From Octopus sinensis (Eukaryota): 64,000 bases of DNA. The stretch covers positions 128,464,001 through 128,528,000 of the forward strand of contig NC_043001.1 in assembly GCF_006345805.1 (NCBI RefSeq). Direction: 5' to 3'. Position numbers and translations under genes: made by a program. Position 1 is the first letter of the stretch; every line of letters starts with the position of its first letter. Below are positions 1 through 12,287 of this stretch, one piece after another. The notes beneath the pieces were generated by a model. It had not been told where the DNA came from. It ran no database searches and was given only the letters and a program-made list of their open reading frames with translations.

Positions 1-598
1 ATTCTCAAGCTAACTTCCTGATGAATGTAATCTGCAACTTGGCTTCCCTTATTGCTCTAATTAAATCAATCGGGGAAATGTAACCACAACTTTTCGTTTT
101 CTAGACTCTTAATTATATGACTTTCTGCTTAATTAAATGAAAACCAAATAGTCGCTTATCACACAGGCATGGCAGTGTGATTAAAAAAGTTCACTTTGCA
201 ACTGTATAGTTTCAGGTTCAGTCCCACTGCATGGCATCTTGGGCAAGAATCTTCTATAGCCTCAAGTCAACCGATGCCTTGTCAGTGGAATTGATAGAAA
301 GTGACTGAGAAAGTCCATTGTGTGTGTGTGTGTGTGTGTGCGTGCGTGCGTGCGTATGTTGACATTCTATAGCTTCCCTTGTCATTATCTGAATGAAATG
401 GTGATATACTATTTACATTCCTTGTTGATATTTACACGTTTGCTTTGCACTTTCAATGACTAGTAGGATTTTAAAAAAACATACTTTTGTTGAAAAATAG
501 TTGAAGGTTGGGAAAAGGAAAGGCATCTGGTTGTAAAATATTGCCACAAATAATTCCTCCGCCCAACCCATGTAAAAAAAAAAGGAATGTTCAAACAA

Positions 599-1010
599 AG
601 GCGCAGGAGTGGCTGTGTGGTAAGTAGCTTGCTTACCAACCACATGGTTCTGGGTTCAGTCTCACTGTGTGGCACCTTGGGCAAGTGTCTTCTACTATAG
701 CCTCGGGCTGACCAAAGCCTTGTGAGTGGATTTCATAGACGGTAACTGAAAGAAGCCCGTCATATATATGTATATATATATATATATATATATGTGTGTT
801 TTTGTGTGTCTGTGTCCCCCCTCCCCAACATCGCTTGACAACTGATGCTAGTGTGTTTACATCCCTGTAACTTAGTGGTTTGGCAAAAGTGACCAATAGA
901 ATAAGTACTGGGCTTACAAAGAATAAGTCCTGGGGTCGATGTGCTCGACTAAAGGCGGTGCTCCAACATGGCCGCAGTCAAATGAGTGAAACAAGTAAAA
1001 AAGTAAAGGA
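599..1010 (+). mobile_element. tRNA-derived SINE, family A, near full length
   Basis: Head GGCTGTGTGGTAAG...GGTTCAGT (A/B-box-like), internal (AT)/(GT) tract, tail AAGTAAAAG. The same sequence recurs in the window. Confidence 0.85.
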
Positions 1011-1284
1011 CTGAAATGGTGATTATCAGTTGTATTAGTTAATAACAAATTGACTTTATTGTGTTTAACGAATATTTGAAACTTGTATCTTGCTGTAATT
1101 CTTAACTTATTAACACTGCTCATGTATAGTAACCTATGTATACTGAATTACAAGGTTTGTGACTGGATTCACGGTGTATTTTCAGCAGCAGTATGTGAGG
1201 ATGGTGGGAGAAAACTCATCCTTTCATTAAAATTTTAAACTGATTGTAAAAGACAAATTATTTACCAAAGATCAATAATTGTTA

Positions 1285-1355
1285 ACATCGGTGGTTCAGT
1301 GGTAGAATGCTTTCCTTCCATGCAAGAGACTCTGGTTTGATTCCTGGCTAATACA
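1285..1355 (+). pseudogene. Degenerate tRNA-Gly copy (pseudogene or SINE head)
   Basis: ACATCGGTGGTTCAGTGGTAGAATGC...GGTTTGATTCCTGGCTAATACA aligns to eukaryotic tRNA-Gly. T-loop TTCGA is mutated to TTTGA and the stems are disrupted. Confidence 0.7.
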
Positions 1356-1608
1356 CAGTGGTCTTATTTTGTAATAATGGTGGCCCAGTATGACCTCAAC
1401 TGCTGGCTGAAACCAATAATAGAATAATTATTTTTAGGTTTTAGAGATGGTTGTTGGTCAACACATAGATTTGACATATGTGTAGACTAAAAGTTTTTAT
1501 CTATCTCTTTTGCTACTATGCTCATCTGAGACAATATCTCTGGTTCTCTGGTACAAAGTTTCTCATATTGAATTGTCAAAATATTTAAATTAACACCTTC
1601 CATCATTA

Positions 1609-1942
1609 CGTGAAGGCACATGGCTCAGTGGTTAGAGTGTCGGGCTCACAATCACAAGATTGTGAGTTCAATCTCGGGACTGGATCGTGTGTTGTGTTCT
1701 TGAAGCAAGACACTTTATTTCACATTGCTCCAGTTCACTCAGTTTAGAAATGAGTTGCAACATCACTAGTGCCAAGCTGTGTCAGCCTTTGTTTTTCCCT
1801 TGGATAACACTGGTGGCATGGAGAGTGAGGAGATTGGTATGCATGGGCAAATGCTGGTCTTCCATAAACAATGTGCCACAGAGGAGAACTTTCTAGGTGC
1901 AATCCCATGGTCATTCATTACCAACAGAGATCTTTACCTTTC
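1609..1942 (+). mobile_element. tRNA-derived SINE, family C
   Basis: Head GGCACATGGCTCAGTGGTTAGAG...GAGTTCAAT and core CTTGAAGCAAGACACTT. Related heads at about 17850, 19437, 51255 and 55058. Confidence 0.75.
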
Positions 1943-2743
1943 TCCATCATAACTTAATGAAAGAGCACCATCTGTTAGGTAGGTTTCACCTGTTTAATAA
2001 GAAAAGGTTATATTACTAAATCCTTCCAAATTCTTGGTTATTTTTCAAAATTAAGTGATAGATGTTATGGAGTGTAATTTCATTTGAAATTTGGTCAAAA
2101 AAGAGATTTTATATATTTATATATTTTTACATTACGAGAGTCTTCAATGATGTGATAGTGCTAATATTAAAAGAAAAAAAGTATGAAAAATTACTGAAAC
2201 TGGTAGCTGAGATATACAGTATTTAAAGAAATTTTTTTTTATGACCATGTTTTTAATGAAATAAACTATCTATATCTTTCAATCATAGGACAGCATCACT
2301 ATTCAAACACTAAAAATACCAACTGATCTAACTCTGTCCATATGGGCTGTCTGCTCAAATGAAACTGTTAAACTATTTATTCAATAACTATGAGGATTAC
2401 AAAAGTAAATAAAACTAAAAAACAACATCAGTTATATCATATTTCTTCTCTGTTACTGTTGGTTTGAATAGTTACTGCTATTTCATATGAGTAAAATATA
2501 TATGTAGTTGCTTTAAATTCTTCAGACTGTTGTTTTGATCTGAAATCTAATACCATTAGTACTGTTGTTGGTTTATTATTTTGTTTTGGTAGATTGATGG
2601 AATTGTTAGAACATCTGACAAAATACTTTGCAGCATTTTGTTACAGGTTTTTACTTTCCAAGTTTAAATCTTACTCAGCTTTTCATTTTGAAATCATCAA
2701 CCCCATTTTCAACTTTTGTTCCTCTTTTTAAAATAATAATAAT

Positions 2744-3265
2744 CATCATCATCATCGTTTAATGTCCACTTTCCATGCTAGCATGGGTTGGATGGTTCAA
2801 CTGGGGTCTGGGAAGCCCGAAGGCTGCACCAGGCCAGTCAGATCTGGCAGTTTTTCTACAGCTGGATGCCCTTCCTAACGCCAACCACTCTGTGAGTGTA
2901 GTGGGTGCTTTTTATGTGCCACCGACACAGGCGCCAGATGAGGCTGGCGAACGGCCACGCTCGGATGGTGTTTTTTATGTGCCACCGACACAGGTGCCAG
3001 ACGAGGCTGGCGAACGGCCACGCTCGGATGGTGTTTTTTTTACTTGCCACCGGCACGGAGGCCAGGCGAGGCTGGCACGGTCACGATTGGATGGTGTTTG
3101 TTACGTGCCCACAGCACGGAGGCCAGTCGATGCGGTACTGGCTAAGGCCACGTTCGGATGGTTTTCTTATGTGCCACTGGCACTGGTACCACAAAGATAC
3201 AAATTCCATTGATGTTCATCGATTTTGATTTGGTTTGATTTTCACTTGCCTCAACAGGTCTTCAA
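2744..3265 (-). mobile_element. 5'-truncated RTE-type LINE (3' UTR with minisatellite and (GAT)n tail)
   Basis: (CAT)n tail, GGATGCCCTTCCTAACGCCAACC motif, about 58-61 bp internal repeats. The 5' end reaches GAAGACCTGTTGAGGCAAGTGAA, similar to the RTE ORF2 end seen at about 62150-62172. Confidence 0.75.
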
Positions 3266-4530
3266 TAATAATAATAATAATAATAATAATAAGAGCAATT
3301 ATAATAATAGTTTCAAATTTTGGCACAAGGCCTGCAATTTTGAAAGGTAGGGGTGTTGATTACATCAACCCCCAGTGCTCAACTTGTACTTTGTTACCAA
3401 CCCCCAAAAGTATGAAAGGTAAAGTTGGTCTTGATGGCATTTAAACTCAGGTCATAAAGAGCAAGAAGAAATGAAGCTAAGTGTTTTGTCTGGCATGGTA
3501 TGTCTGCAATGCATGCATCACTCCAGGAGCTCCAACAAAACTTGTGATAAAAAGAAATAATAATAATGATAATAATAATAATCTTATTTTGGCACAAGGC
3601 CAGCAAATTTGAGGGGTAGGGAAGTTCATTACATTGACCTCAGTGCCTAAGTAGTACTTACTTCAACCCCCAAAGGATGGATGGTGAAGTTTACTTCAGT
3701 AGCATTTGAACTCAGAACGTAAAGTTGGAAAAAATGCTAATAAGCATTTTGTCTGGTGCAGTAACGATTCTGCCAGCTTGCTGCCTTTTAATAATAATAA
3801 TAATAATAATAATTTCAAATTTTGGTACAGGGCCAAACAACAACAACAACAACACCGAAAAATACCTTAGGAATGAGAACCCAGGTTCGAAATTTCCCTG
3901 AGACACCTGATGAAGGCTGGAGACTATATCAGTTGAAACGTTGTGTTAACAAACAAAATGAAAACAAATAGCTGTCAAATGTAAATAATGTAGCGTTGGT
4001 ATGTTTATGTCTCTGTAACTTAGCAATTTGACAAAAGAGACCAGTAGAATAAGTATTAGGCTTAAAAAATAAGTCCTGAGGTCAATTAATTCGACTAAAA
4101 TTTTTCAAGAAAGTACCCCAGCATGGCCATAGTCAAATGACAAACACGAAAAGGATAAAAGAAAAAGATCTAGCCATGCTTTGCATTTTTAGTCATTAAT
4201 ATAAAATATTAAAAATGATAGTTAAAGATATTATGACTTGATTATTGACTGAGGTATTTTTAATTCGTTAACCTTATTCTCATCAAACATATTTATCTTA
4301 ATCATTCTATTATTGTAGTCACAGTCTGTGAGGATTATAAATATATGTATAGTACATTTTTGACCACACTGGAGCATGGTCCCATCCCACTAAACGGGAT
4401 GTTACACGTGATTGTTATTGTTGTTCTTTCATCTTGTTTATCTAGAACTACATTCTCCCATGTGTCCTTCCTGTAGGGTGTAATTTGAGGTTATTTGGCT
4501 GTAGTTTCAATCATAACAGGTTCTTTTGTT

Positions 4531-4762
4531 AAGGCGGCAAGCTGGCAGAAATGTTACCACGCCAGGCAAAATGCGTAGCCGTATTTCGTCTGCCCTTACG
4601 TTCTCAGTTCAAATTCCGCCGAGGTCGACTTTGCCTTTCATCCTTTCGGGGTCGATTAAATAAGTACCAGTTACGCACTGGAGTCGATATAATCGACTTA
4701 GTCCGTTTGTCTGCCCTTGTTTGTCCTCTCTGTGTTTAGCCCCTTGTGGGTAGTAAAGAAAT
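4531..4762 (+). mobile_element. tRNA-derived SINE, family B, with 13-bp TSD
   Basis: AAGGCGGCAAGCTGGCAGAA...GAGTTCAAATTCC-like...AAAGAAAT. TSD AGGTTCTTTTGTT at 4518-4530 and 4763-4775. Confidence 0.9.
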
Positions 4763-6839
4763 AGGTTCTTTTGTTGACTTGTTACTGAGTATTCACCCGG
4801 AAATAAATTCAGGCAGCCTGCATGCCTTAGTATCATTCTACCATTATGCCACTGCTTATAATGTGTAGAATCTTAAAGTTTGCTTTTCGGTTTGTAGTAA
4901 TATACAAACAGCTTTGTTCTGGTTTGTATGTGTGAATGAATGAATGAATGAAATTGCCACAAGGCCTTTGCATGTGTAACAAATGTTGTTATTCCTTTTA
5001 CTACTCCTGCAGCCAACTGCACAAACACTACTTCACAATCACATACACACATGTGTGCCCTCTCCTTTTTACAACCAACCTAGTTTTGTGAACATGAGTG
5101 ATTCTACAGAGTTGGGTGATTTGATGTGCATTACAGCTTTATCTCTTTTAACAAACATCTTCCTTGTTCTTAAAATGAGGTCCCCACGAATTTAGGGTTC
5201 TGATTATTAAGAGAAGTATCTCAAACTGAAAGAGGATCCTCATTTCAAGCTCTCGTGACAAACACAGTGTCCATAATTGTGCAAGTCTTTCATGGGTGAA
5301 ACTGTGCAAGTCTTTCGTTGAGTGTTAAAACAGTTGACTGATAAACATTCTTTGTTTCAGTTAGGTATAGTTGTTACTGTTGATGTATTATCAAACTTTC
5401 AAGGTACTTTTCTCTTTTATTCTCCAAGCTCTTACTAATTAATGCTACAATTCATTTACTGGGTCCATTTTGATTACGTGTGCTACAATTATTACTAAAA
5501 CCATTGGATAGTATATTGGTTTTATGGGAACAATCCACTAAACAGAATGTGCAGTTTAAAATCAGAACTAACTAAAAGTATTACATAACTCATATACATA
5601 TAATCACCAAATATTCAATAGGTTATTTTCAGGACATTGATTTCCTAAACCAAAACACTGGAGCTTGTTAACAACATTGTTAAAATTGTTATTGGCTTAT
5701 TGATTCAGTAACAAAATATTCTGTTTACTTTTCCAAATTCCCATTCTATCCCCATGATGTGTTATCTGTGTTCCTATATTGTGAATAAAATTCAGAGTTC
5801 AAAACTAAAGACTTCACTTGCATCAGGATTCTTATCTGATCACAACATATGAATCTCTGAGAAAGTATTTTGGCCCTTTTGATACAAGGATGCTTATGAC
5901 TCTAACTATGGGTCTTTTAATACCCATGATGTGACTCCATCTCATGAGAAAAATCTGATCAGTGTCAGTCATATCAATCATTATTATCTAACAACATTTG
6001 TGGAAATGACTATTTCATTGACTAGGCTATACCAGTTGTGTCTTGCTCTTTCTCTGACACAGATATGGCATTAAATGGGTTGTGGAATCTCAAACAGTCA
6101 GTGAGAAGTTCAGTGGATTGGAAGCAAACAGTCAAGAAGATTTTAAAATGCTAAATTGTTGATGATGTGCTTTCAAGATGCAAGAGGTAAAGCTAAATAC
6201 TGCAAAGCATTTAGTCTGCTGGGAGACTGATTCTGATGGTGCCCAGATGTATTATGGAGTTGGCACATAAACTGAAATGCTTAAAAAACACGAGCAAGGC
6301 ATAAATATGAGTGAATAACCACTCTCATGGAGGTGAGATATTGTGGGTTTGTAGCTAGATCCACAATGTCCTACCTCATTGGCATTGAACTTGGAAAGAA
6401 TAGCAAAGCCCAAGAATGAAGAATAAATCCTCAACAAGTATTAAACCTGTTGGTTGGTTGCAGCTACCTCTGGTTAGCTAAAAGTGGCTGCATGTATGAT
6501 ATGAACATGTGGAGTGTTTGCTATCACATGGGCTGAAAGAACCTGGGATATCCCTCATAGCATTAATGCTGTTTGGTCCTGCTGGAATTATTAAAAAAAA
6601 CATTAAATCAAGTAACATTTATCTATTCTTTCAATTTATAAGATTCCCTAGAAAAGTTATTATATAGAATGGGTAAGAAATATATCTTATAGAAAATATA
6701 ATCATTATTGAATAGGTGTCGTTCACACTGATTACATTCCACGACAGCATAGATGTAACATAGTTAATGGTTAGGAGCAAGTAACCCAGATAGGGAAATA
6801 TGTTGAGCGTATTAGGGTAGAGCAAACGTCTGAGTTTAA

Positions 6840-7059
6840 CCCTTTTGTTACTGTATTTATTTTGAGATGCTCTGTGTTTCTTTCAATTACTTTGATTATA
6901 ACAAAGAATTTAATAAAATAACTTAGTTATCATTAAGCTAGTGTTAGGAACATAAATTGTGACTAAGGTTTGGTGGAAGATTTTAATTCAAAATTTATGA
7001 AAACAAGACCTTTGTACTCAGAGCCAGAGCCGGTTTCAGCCGGGTTGGTAATGAAAGGG
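6840..7059 (+). mobile_element. Non-autonomous MITE, CCCTTT...AAAGGG termini, TTAA TSD (piggyBac-like)
   Basis: TTAA at 6836-6839 and 7060-7063. Same family at 24864-25083 (-), 40196-40416 (-) and 61459-61678 (+). Confidence 0.85.
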
Positions 7060-8869
7060 TTAATCATTATTCTTGTATATCTTTGTCTTGGATATATTAT
7101 TCTAAAGTAGGCATAATTTGGTTGAATGGCTAAGAAGTTTACTTTACAACCTAAAGTTCCCAGGTTCAGTATCACAGCCTGGCAAATGTCACTTTTATAT
7201 CCTTGGTTCAATTCATATTATATGAGTTAAACTGGGCAGATAGAAACTGTATAGAAGATTGTCATGGATTGTACAGATAATTCAAAAGGCACAACCTTGT
7301 TACACACTGTACCACACTGATTCTGCTTGAGAACTTCATCAAGGAGTACATGTGTCTGTGACTGCCTCATGTTAATTCAGGAGCAGATAATTCAGTTGAT
7401 CAAACTGCCGAATCCTCATAATCTCATTAGACAGTAGAGAATGGCCACCATTATTCTTTTGTTATAATATTTCCGTTGAACTAAACTGCCTATGTTTGAG
7501 TTTTGCAAATAATAAAAGTATTAGTTAAATAATTTTGTAGTTATTAAACTGGTTTTTGGTACTGAAATTAACATAAAATTTTGTTGGAGCATTTTAATTT
7601 TAAAACATGAAGTTTGTATCATAGAATTAAGGGCAGCCTTAGGTCACAAAAAAATTTAATGTCTGAACACTATTTTCAAGACTGGAGAATTTATGAGTTT
7701 TGGTTAGCTCTTGTGTTGGACAAGTCAGACAGACATCTACAGATAAGCTTGCTTGCTTGCTGAAGAAGCTCTCTATTTATTCTCTATTAAATAGAGGATA
7801 AATTTACTGTCTCTTCATCTTCCTTTCAATAGTATTGTTTCAATTCTGGTTGGATGACCAATTTTCATAATCTGTGTTTCTGTTGACTAATTTGAAGTTG
7901 AGTAAGATAACTCCAAGGAATAGATGAAGAGAGATTGTGAAATAGGATGTCACTCAGATACCCATAGCAGAAGAGATATCAGATACTACAATGATAATGA
8001 TGATGATTATATTTAAGATGATTTACATATTTAGCTACAAATCTTTTGCTGCATTCATTTAATCTAAGATGTGAATCTGTTGTACAAATAAATATTGCTG
8101 CAGTATATTTAAAAATCTGCTTAAATGATCCTAGCATGATCCATCAATCTAAGTGAAAGAGACTGATTTAACCCAGTTTTAGAGATTATTCTTCAGAATC
8201 ATTGATTTCTTAGTGTTGGAAGTGAGATTTATTTTTAGATGGACTGAAGACATTGCTTTGCTAACATAAATATAATTCAATCCTGGAAGAAGTGAAGTTC
8301 CGTTTTTTGTTTATTTGTTGGGTTTTTTTTAATACCTTCCTGTTCATTGATGATAGTTGTAAAGAAATATATCTCTTCAATCATATTTAGTGAAATGTGT
8401 GTGTGTGTGTGTGTTCATTGCTCTGGATTGGCTTCCTTAGTGCTTTATCTTCTTGCATGGTATATTTTCCTTGTTACTTTTTTTTTTTTTTTTGCTATTT
8501 GATATCTCTTCTCTTAATAAATAATGAGTTACTTCAAAGTCAACTCAAAATGTAATGGGTAGCCAAGTTCTCATTTGACTTTCCATTTCCCAGTTCGATA
8601 CTGAATCTCTTCTCTCTCTCTCTCTCTCATACACACACACACAAGAAGAAACTTTAGAAAATAAATCTGATCTCATGATAGTAGGTTGGTGTGGTGTGGT
8701 GTGGGGTGGGGTGGTGTGGGGCTTAGTTATAATTAATTATTGATTTAACTTACGGTTTTTAAAATCAAAAAAAGGCTTCACTAAATTTGAATTACATTTT
8801 GTGTAAAATAAGCTGGGTGAGGGTGTGAATGTGAGAATGGTAAAAAAAAAATACAAAAAATAGTAAGAT

Positions 8870-8980
8870 ATATATGTATGCACATGTTTATGTATACACA
8901 CACACATACACACGTGTGTATGTATATACATATATAGACAAATACATACACACACATGCACATATATATATATATACTTA

Positions 8981-9035
<55 letters not shown>
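8870..9035. repeat. Compound (CA)/(TA) microsatellite region
   Basis: Long (TA)n at about 8990-9035. It explains the YIYIY ORFs. Other microsatellites include (AAT)n 27648-27696, (TG)n near 320, 9290 and 21395, and (CT)n near 54635 and 60375. Confidence 0.95.
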
Positions 9036-9040
<5 letters not shown>

Positions 9041-9509
9041 CTATAGTTCATATTTACTCAGGTTGTATTGAATGAATGCTCTTGCACTCCTTTAAGAAAC
9101 ATGATCCAAATATAACTTCTCATCTTCCAGTTTCAGTTCTTGCTTTTTTGTTTTTTAATATTTTTTGTTTTATTTATTTAAACAAAAAAAAAAAAACGAA
9201 ACAAAAAAAAATCAGTTAAAATTTCTAGGTTTGAGCTGCTATCTTTCTATACTAACCAAATATGGTGATATGCAGTAGTGTCTCTGTGTGTGTGTGTGTG
9301 TGTGTGTGTATCAAATATACAAACACACACATGCATGTAAATCAGTAAAGATGCATAAATAATGCAATAGTACTTTTCTTAATGAGATTGAGCCATGCAT
9401 TTCCTGCGACTTTTGCAAAACTTGGCAGACGTGTTAAGCATTGCAGTTAGAGAACATTGCCCTGTGTGTGTGTGTGTGTGTTTTGCTACTGACTGCTTGC
9501 CACACAGAA

Positions 9510-9618
9510 AGATATGTAACTTAATGTCTATCAGGCATTATCATATTTCTTCTTTTCATTGAGATATGTAACTTAATGTCTATCAGGCATTATCATATTT
9601 CTTCTTTTCATTGAGATA
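9510..9618. repeat. 2 x 52-bp perfect tandem duplication
   Basis: AGATATGTAACTTAATG...TTTTCATTG twice, then AGATA. Confidence 0.95.
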
Positions 9619-9744
9619 CTATCAAAAACTAAGGCAGATCAACCTGGTGCATTTTTTCAACCGTTATCCGTATTATTAGCTGTACAGTGTAGCTTTCTTA
9701 CACGAGACATTCCATTGGCTTATTGAGAAACTATAGAAGATTGT

Positions 9745-10027
9745 CTTCATTTAGAACAAATAAACAAGGTTATGCTTGTGGCAGGTGGCACGTAAAAATG
9801 CACCAATCCGACCATGGCCGATGCCAGCCTTGCCTGGCACCAGTGCAGGTGGCATGTAAAAAGCACCCACTACACTCTCGGAGTGGTTGGCGTTAGGAAG
9901 GGCATCCAGCTGTAGAAACATTGCCAGATAAGACTGGAGCCTGGTGCAGCCTTCTGGCTTCCGAGATCCCCGGTCGAACCGTCCAACCCATGCTAGCATG
10001 GAGAACGGATGTTAAACGATGATGATG
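9745..10027 (+). mobile_element. RTE 3'-end fragment
   Basis: GGTTGGCGTTAGGAAGGGCATCCAGCTG...AAACGATGATGATG. Confidence 0.8.
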
Positions 10028-10156
10028 CTCATTAAAGAAGTTGAGTTCATCACAGCAAACTGTTAAAACTTGATTCAGTTGATACCATGTTATTACTGCT
10101 CACATCAACAAGTTATACCTTCTTACAGTTTCTATTTGCAGATGGACAAACTGAAC

Positions 10157-10612
10157 CATCATCATCATCATCGTTTAATGTCCATTTTCCGCGCTAGTAC
10201 AGGTTGGACGGTTCGACCGGGGTCTGGGAAGCCAGGGGCTGCACCAGGCTCCAGTCTGATCTGGCAGTGTTTCTACAGCTGGATGCCCTTCCTAACGCCA
10301 ACCACTCCGCGAGTGTAGTGGGTGCTTTTTACGTGCCACCTGCACAGGTGCCAGGGGAGTCTGGCATTGGCCACGATCAGTTGGTGCTTTTAACGTGCCA
10401 CCGGCTCGGAAGCCAGCCAAGGTGGCGCTGGCATCGGCTATGTTCGGATGGTGCTTTTTATGTGCCACCGGCACAGAAGCCAGTCGAGGCGGGGCTGGCA
10501 TCGGCCACGTTCGGATGGTGCTTTTTATGTACCACCGGCACAGAAGCCAGTCGAGGCGGCGCTGGCAACGGCCACGTTCGGATGGTACTTTTTATGTGCC
10601 AATCTTTGCCGA
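10157..10612 (-). mobile_element. RTE 3'-end fragment (tail-to-tail with 9745-10027)
   Basis: Same family, opposite orientation, several minisatellite units. Confidence 0.8.
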
Positions 10613-10950
10613 GTGCACAGTGTAGCTCTACTGGATGCAGTATATATTGATGGATTGATCACTCTCTGCAACGCATCAGTATATCTGTACCCAATAAACT
10701 TGGCAGCTATCACTCTAAAATGTATTGTTTATTATTTACATTTTGGTTTCAAATCTTGACAGTAGAGACTTTATGCAGGTTATTAAAAATAAATAAGCAT
10801 CAGTGAAATACTGACTTAATTCAATCAATATCCATCTTCACAAAATTACCCACAGTGTGTCAGTGTTTAAAAAAAAATCATTGTGGTTATTAGCTTCATC
10901 ATGGGTTTTTGAATTATATTTGTGCTGCATTTCTGATAATAATGTCTATT

Positions 10951-11340
10951 AGGAGTGGCTGTGTGGTAAGTAGCTTGCTAACCAACCACATGGTTCCGGG
11001 TTCAGTCCCACTGCGTGGCACCTTGGGCAAGTGTCTTCTGCTATAGCCCCGGGCCGACCAATGCCTTGTGAGTGGATTTGGTAGACGGAAACTGAAAGAA
11101 GCCCGTCATATATATGTATATATATGTGTGTGTGTTTGTGTGTCTGTCCCCCTAGCATTGCTTGACAACCGATGCTGGTGTGTTTACGTCCCCGTCACTT
11201 AGCGGTTCGGCAAAAGAGACCGATAGAATAAGTACTGGGCTTACAAAGAATAAGTCCCGGGGTCGATTTGCTCGACTAAAGGCGGTGCTCCAGCATGGCC
11301 GCAGTCAAATGACTGAAACAAGTAAAAGAGTAAAGAGTAA
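10951..11340 (+). mobile_element. SINE family A
   Basis: Near-identical to 599-1010. Confidence 0.85.
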
Positions 11341-11455
11341 TTCTCCAGTGATTCCTTTAACTGCTGTTCGTTAAGCCTCCTAAGTTAGAACAGAGATAAT
11401 TTCAAATATAAATATCATGCAGGTTGTCAACCATGTTATCTGACCATAATAGAGT

Positions 11456-11725
11456 GCTCAATATTTTTCTTTTTTCTCAGAGTTTGCTCAATATTTTTCT
11501 TTTTTCTCAGAGTTTGCTCAATATTTTTCTTTTTTCTCAGAGTTTGCTCAATATTTTTCTTTTTTCTCAGAGTTTGCTCAATATTTTTCTTTTTTCTCAG
11601 AGTTTGCTCAATATTTTTCTTTTTTCTCAGAGTTTGCTCAATATTTTTCTTTTTTCTCAGAGTTTGCTCAATATTTTTCTTTTTTCTCAGAGTTTGCTCA
11701 ATATTTTTCTTTTTTCTCAGAGTTT
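11456..11725 (+). repeat. 9 x 30-bp perfect tandem repeat spanning the intron/exon junction
   Basis: Unit GCTCAATATTTTTCTTTTTTCTCAGAGTTT, counted line by line. Confidence 0.97.
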
Positions 11726-11914
11726 ATCACTGTAACTGCTGCAACTTCATTGAGCTCACTGAGTCAACCCCAAGCAACCACAGCTCTATTACACCAGCCA
11801 TCAGCTGGCGTTCCAAAAGCTACTGTCTACTCAATAACAACACCAACCTCAGCACCCATTGCACAACCACAGTATGCACCACAGCAACTCCCTCCAGTTG
11901 GTATGCAAGGACAA
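11721..11914 (+). CDS. CCAR1: CCAR1 coding exon (first identified; N-terminal Q/P/T-rich region), phase 1 in, phase 0 out
   Basis: ttttctcAG|agTTTATCACT...GGACAA|GTAAGT. Reads (x)FITVTAATSLSSLSQPQ...PPVGMQGQ. Phase 0 end fits the next exon. The sequence is low-complexity, so homology is weaker than for later exons. Confidence 0.75.
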
Positions 11915-12015
11915 GTAAGTTAATTTTCATTTATTTTCTCTTACTGTTTTTCTAGGGGTCTGAAATAGAGATCAGGGCATGTTCCTACTTAGAACTTTAT
12001 TGTCAAATACCATTT

Positions 12016-12287
12016 AGTTAGTTAGTTAGTTAGTTAATTTGGCTCAAAAGCAAATAGCAAGGCCATGTAAGGGGACATGGAGTTAAGTACAGGGTGGTGT
12101 TCATGTAAAGAGTTCAGGCCACTTGAGGTCAAGGGAGGCTTTGAACAAAGCGGTCGTCGGCATCTTCACCATCTCGTCTGGCAGCTTGTTCCACGGATCC
12201 GCAACCCGGACGGAGAAAGCTCCTCTCCTTCGATTGAGATGAAATCGTCGCAGGTAGAGCTTTTCGGAATGACCCCGCAGCCGACGC
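12016..12287 (-). mobile_element. 5'-truncated CR1-clade LINE with (TAAC)n tail and 74-bp flanking direct repeat
   Basis: Minus strand RFHLNRRRGAFSVRVADPWNKLPDEMVKMPTTALFKASLDLKWPELFT*. Direct repeats at 11942-12015 and 12288-12361. Confidence 0.85.

Noticed and set aside
2775-3228. ORFs like MLAWVG...LDALPNANHS (also 10204, 16260, 53324, 55434)
   Set aside because: Chance translations of the RTE 3' UTR and minisatellite, repeated in every copy. Not genes.
6250-6450. Possible pogo/Tigger N-terminal remnant
   Set aside because: Very degraded, with no TIR or catalytic motif seen.
8737-9071. YIYIY/VCVC ORFs
   Set aside because: Dinucleotide microsatellite translations.
1-11455. CCAR1 start exon (MAQFGG..KNPPW-like) or promoter
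   Set aside because: No matching codons or CpG-rich promoter seen, so it probably lies upstream of the window. The candidate acceptor at about 5012 and the 6063-6187 segment lack a usable donor or have stops in all frames.
11424-11735. 103-aa ORF with NIFLFSQSLL repeats as an independent gene
   Set aside because: It is the tandem acceptor repeat read in a non-CCAR1 frame.
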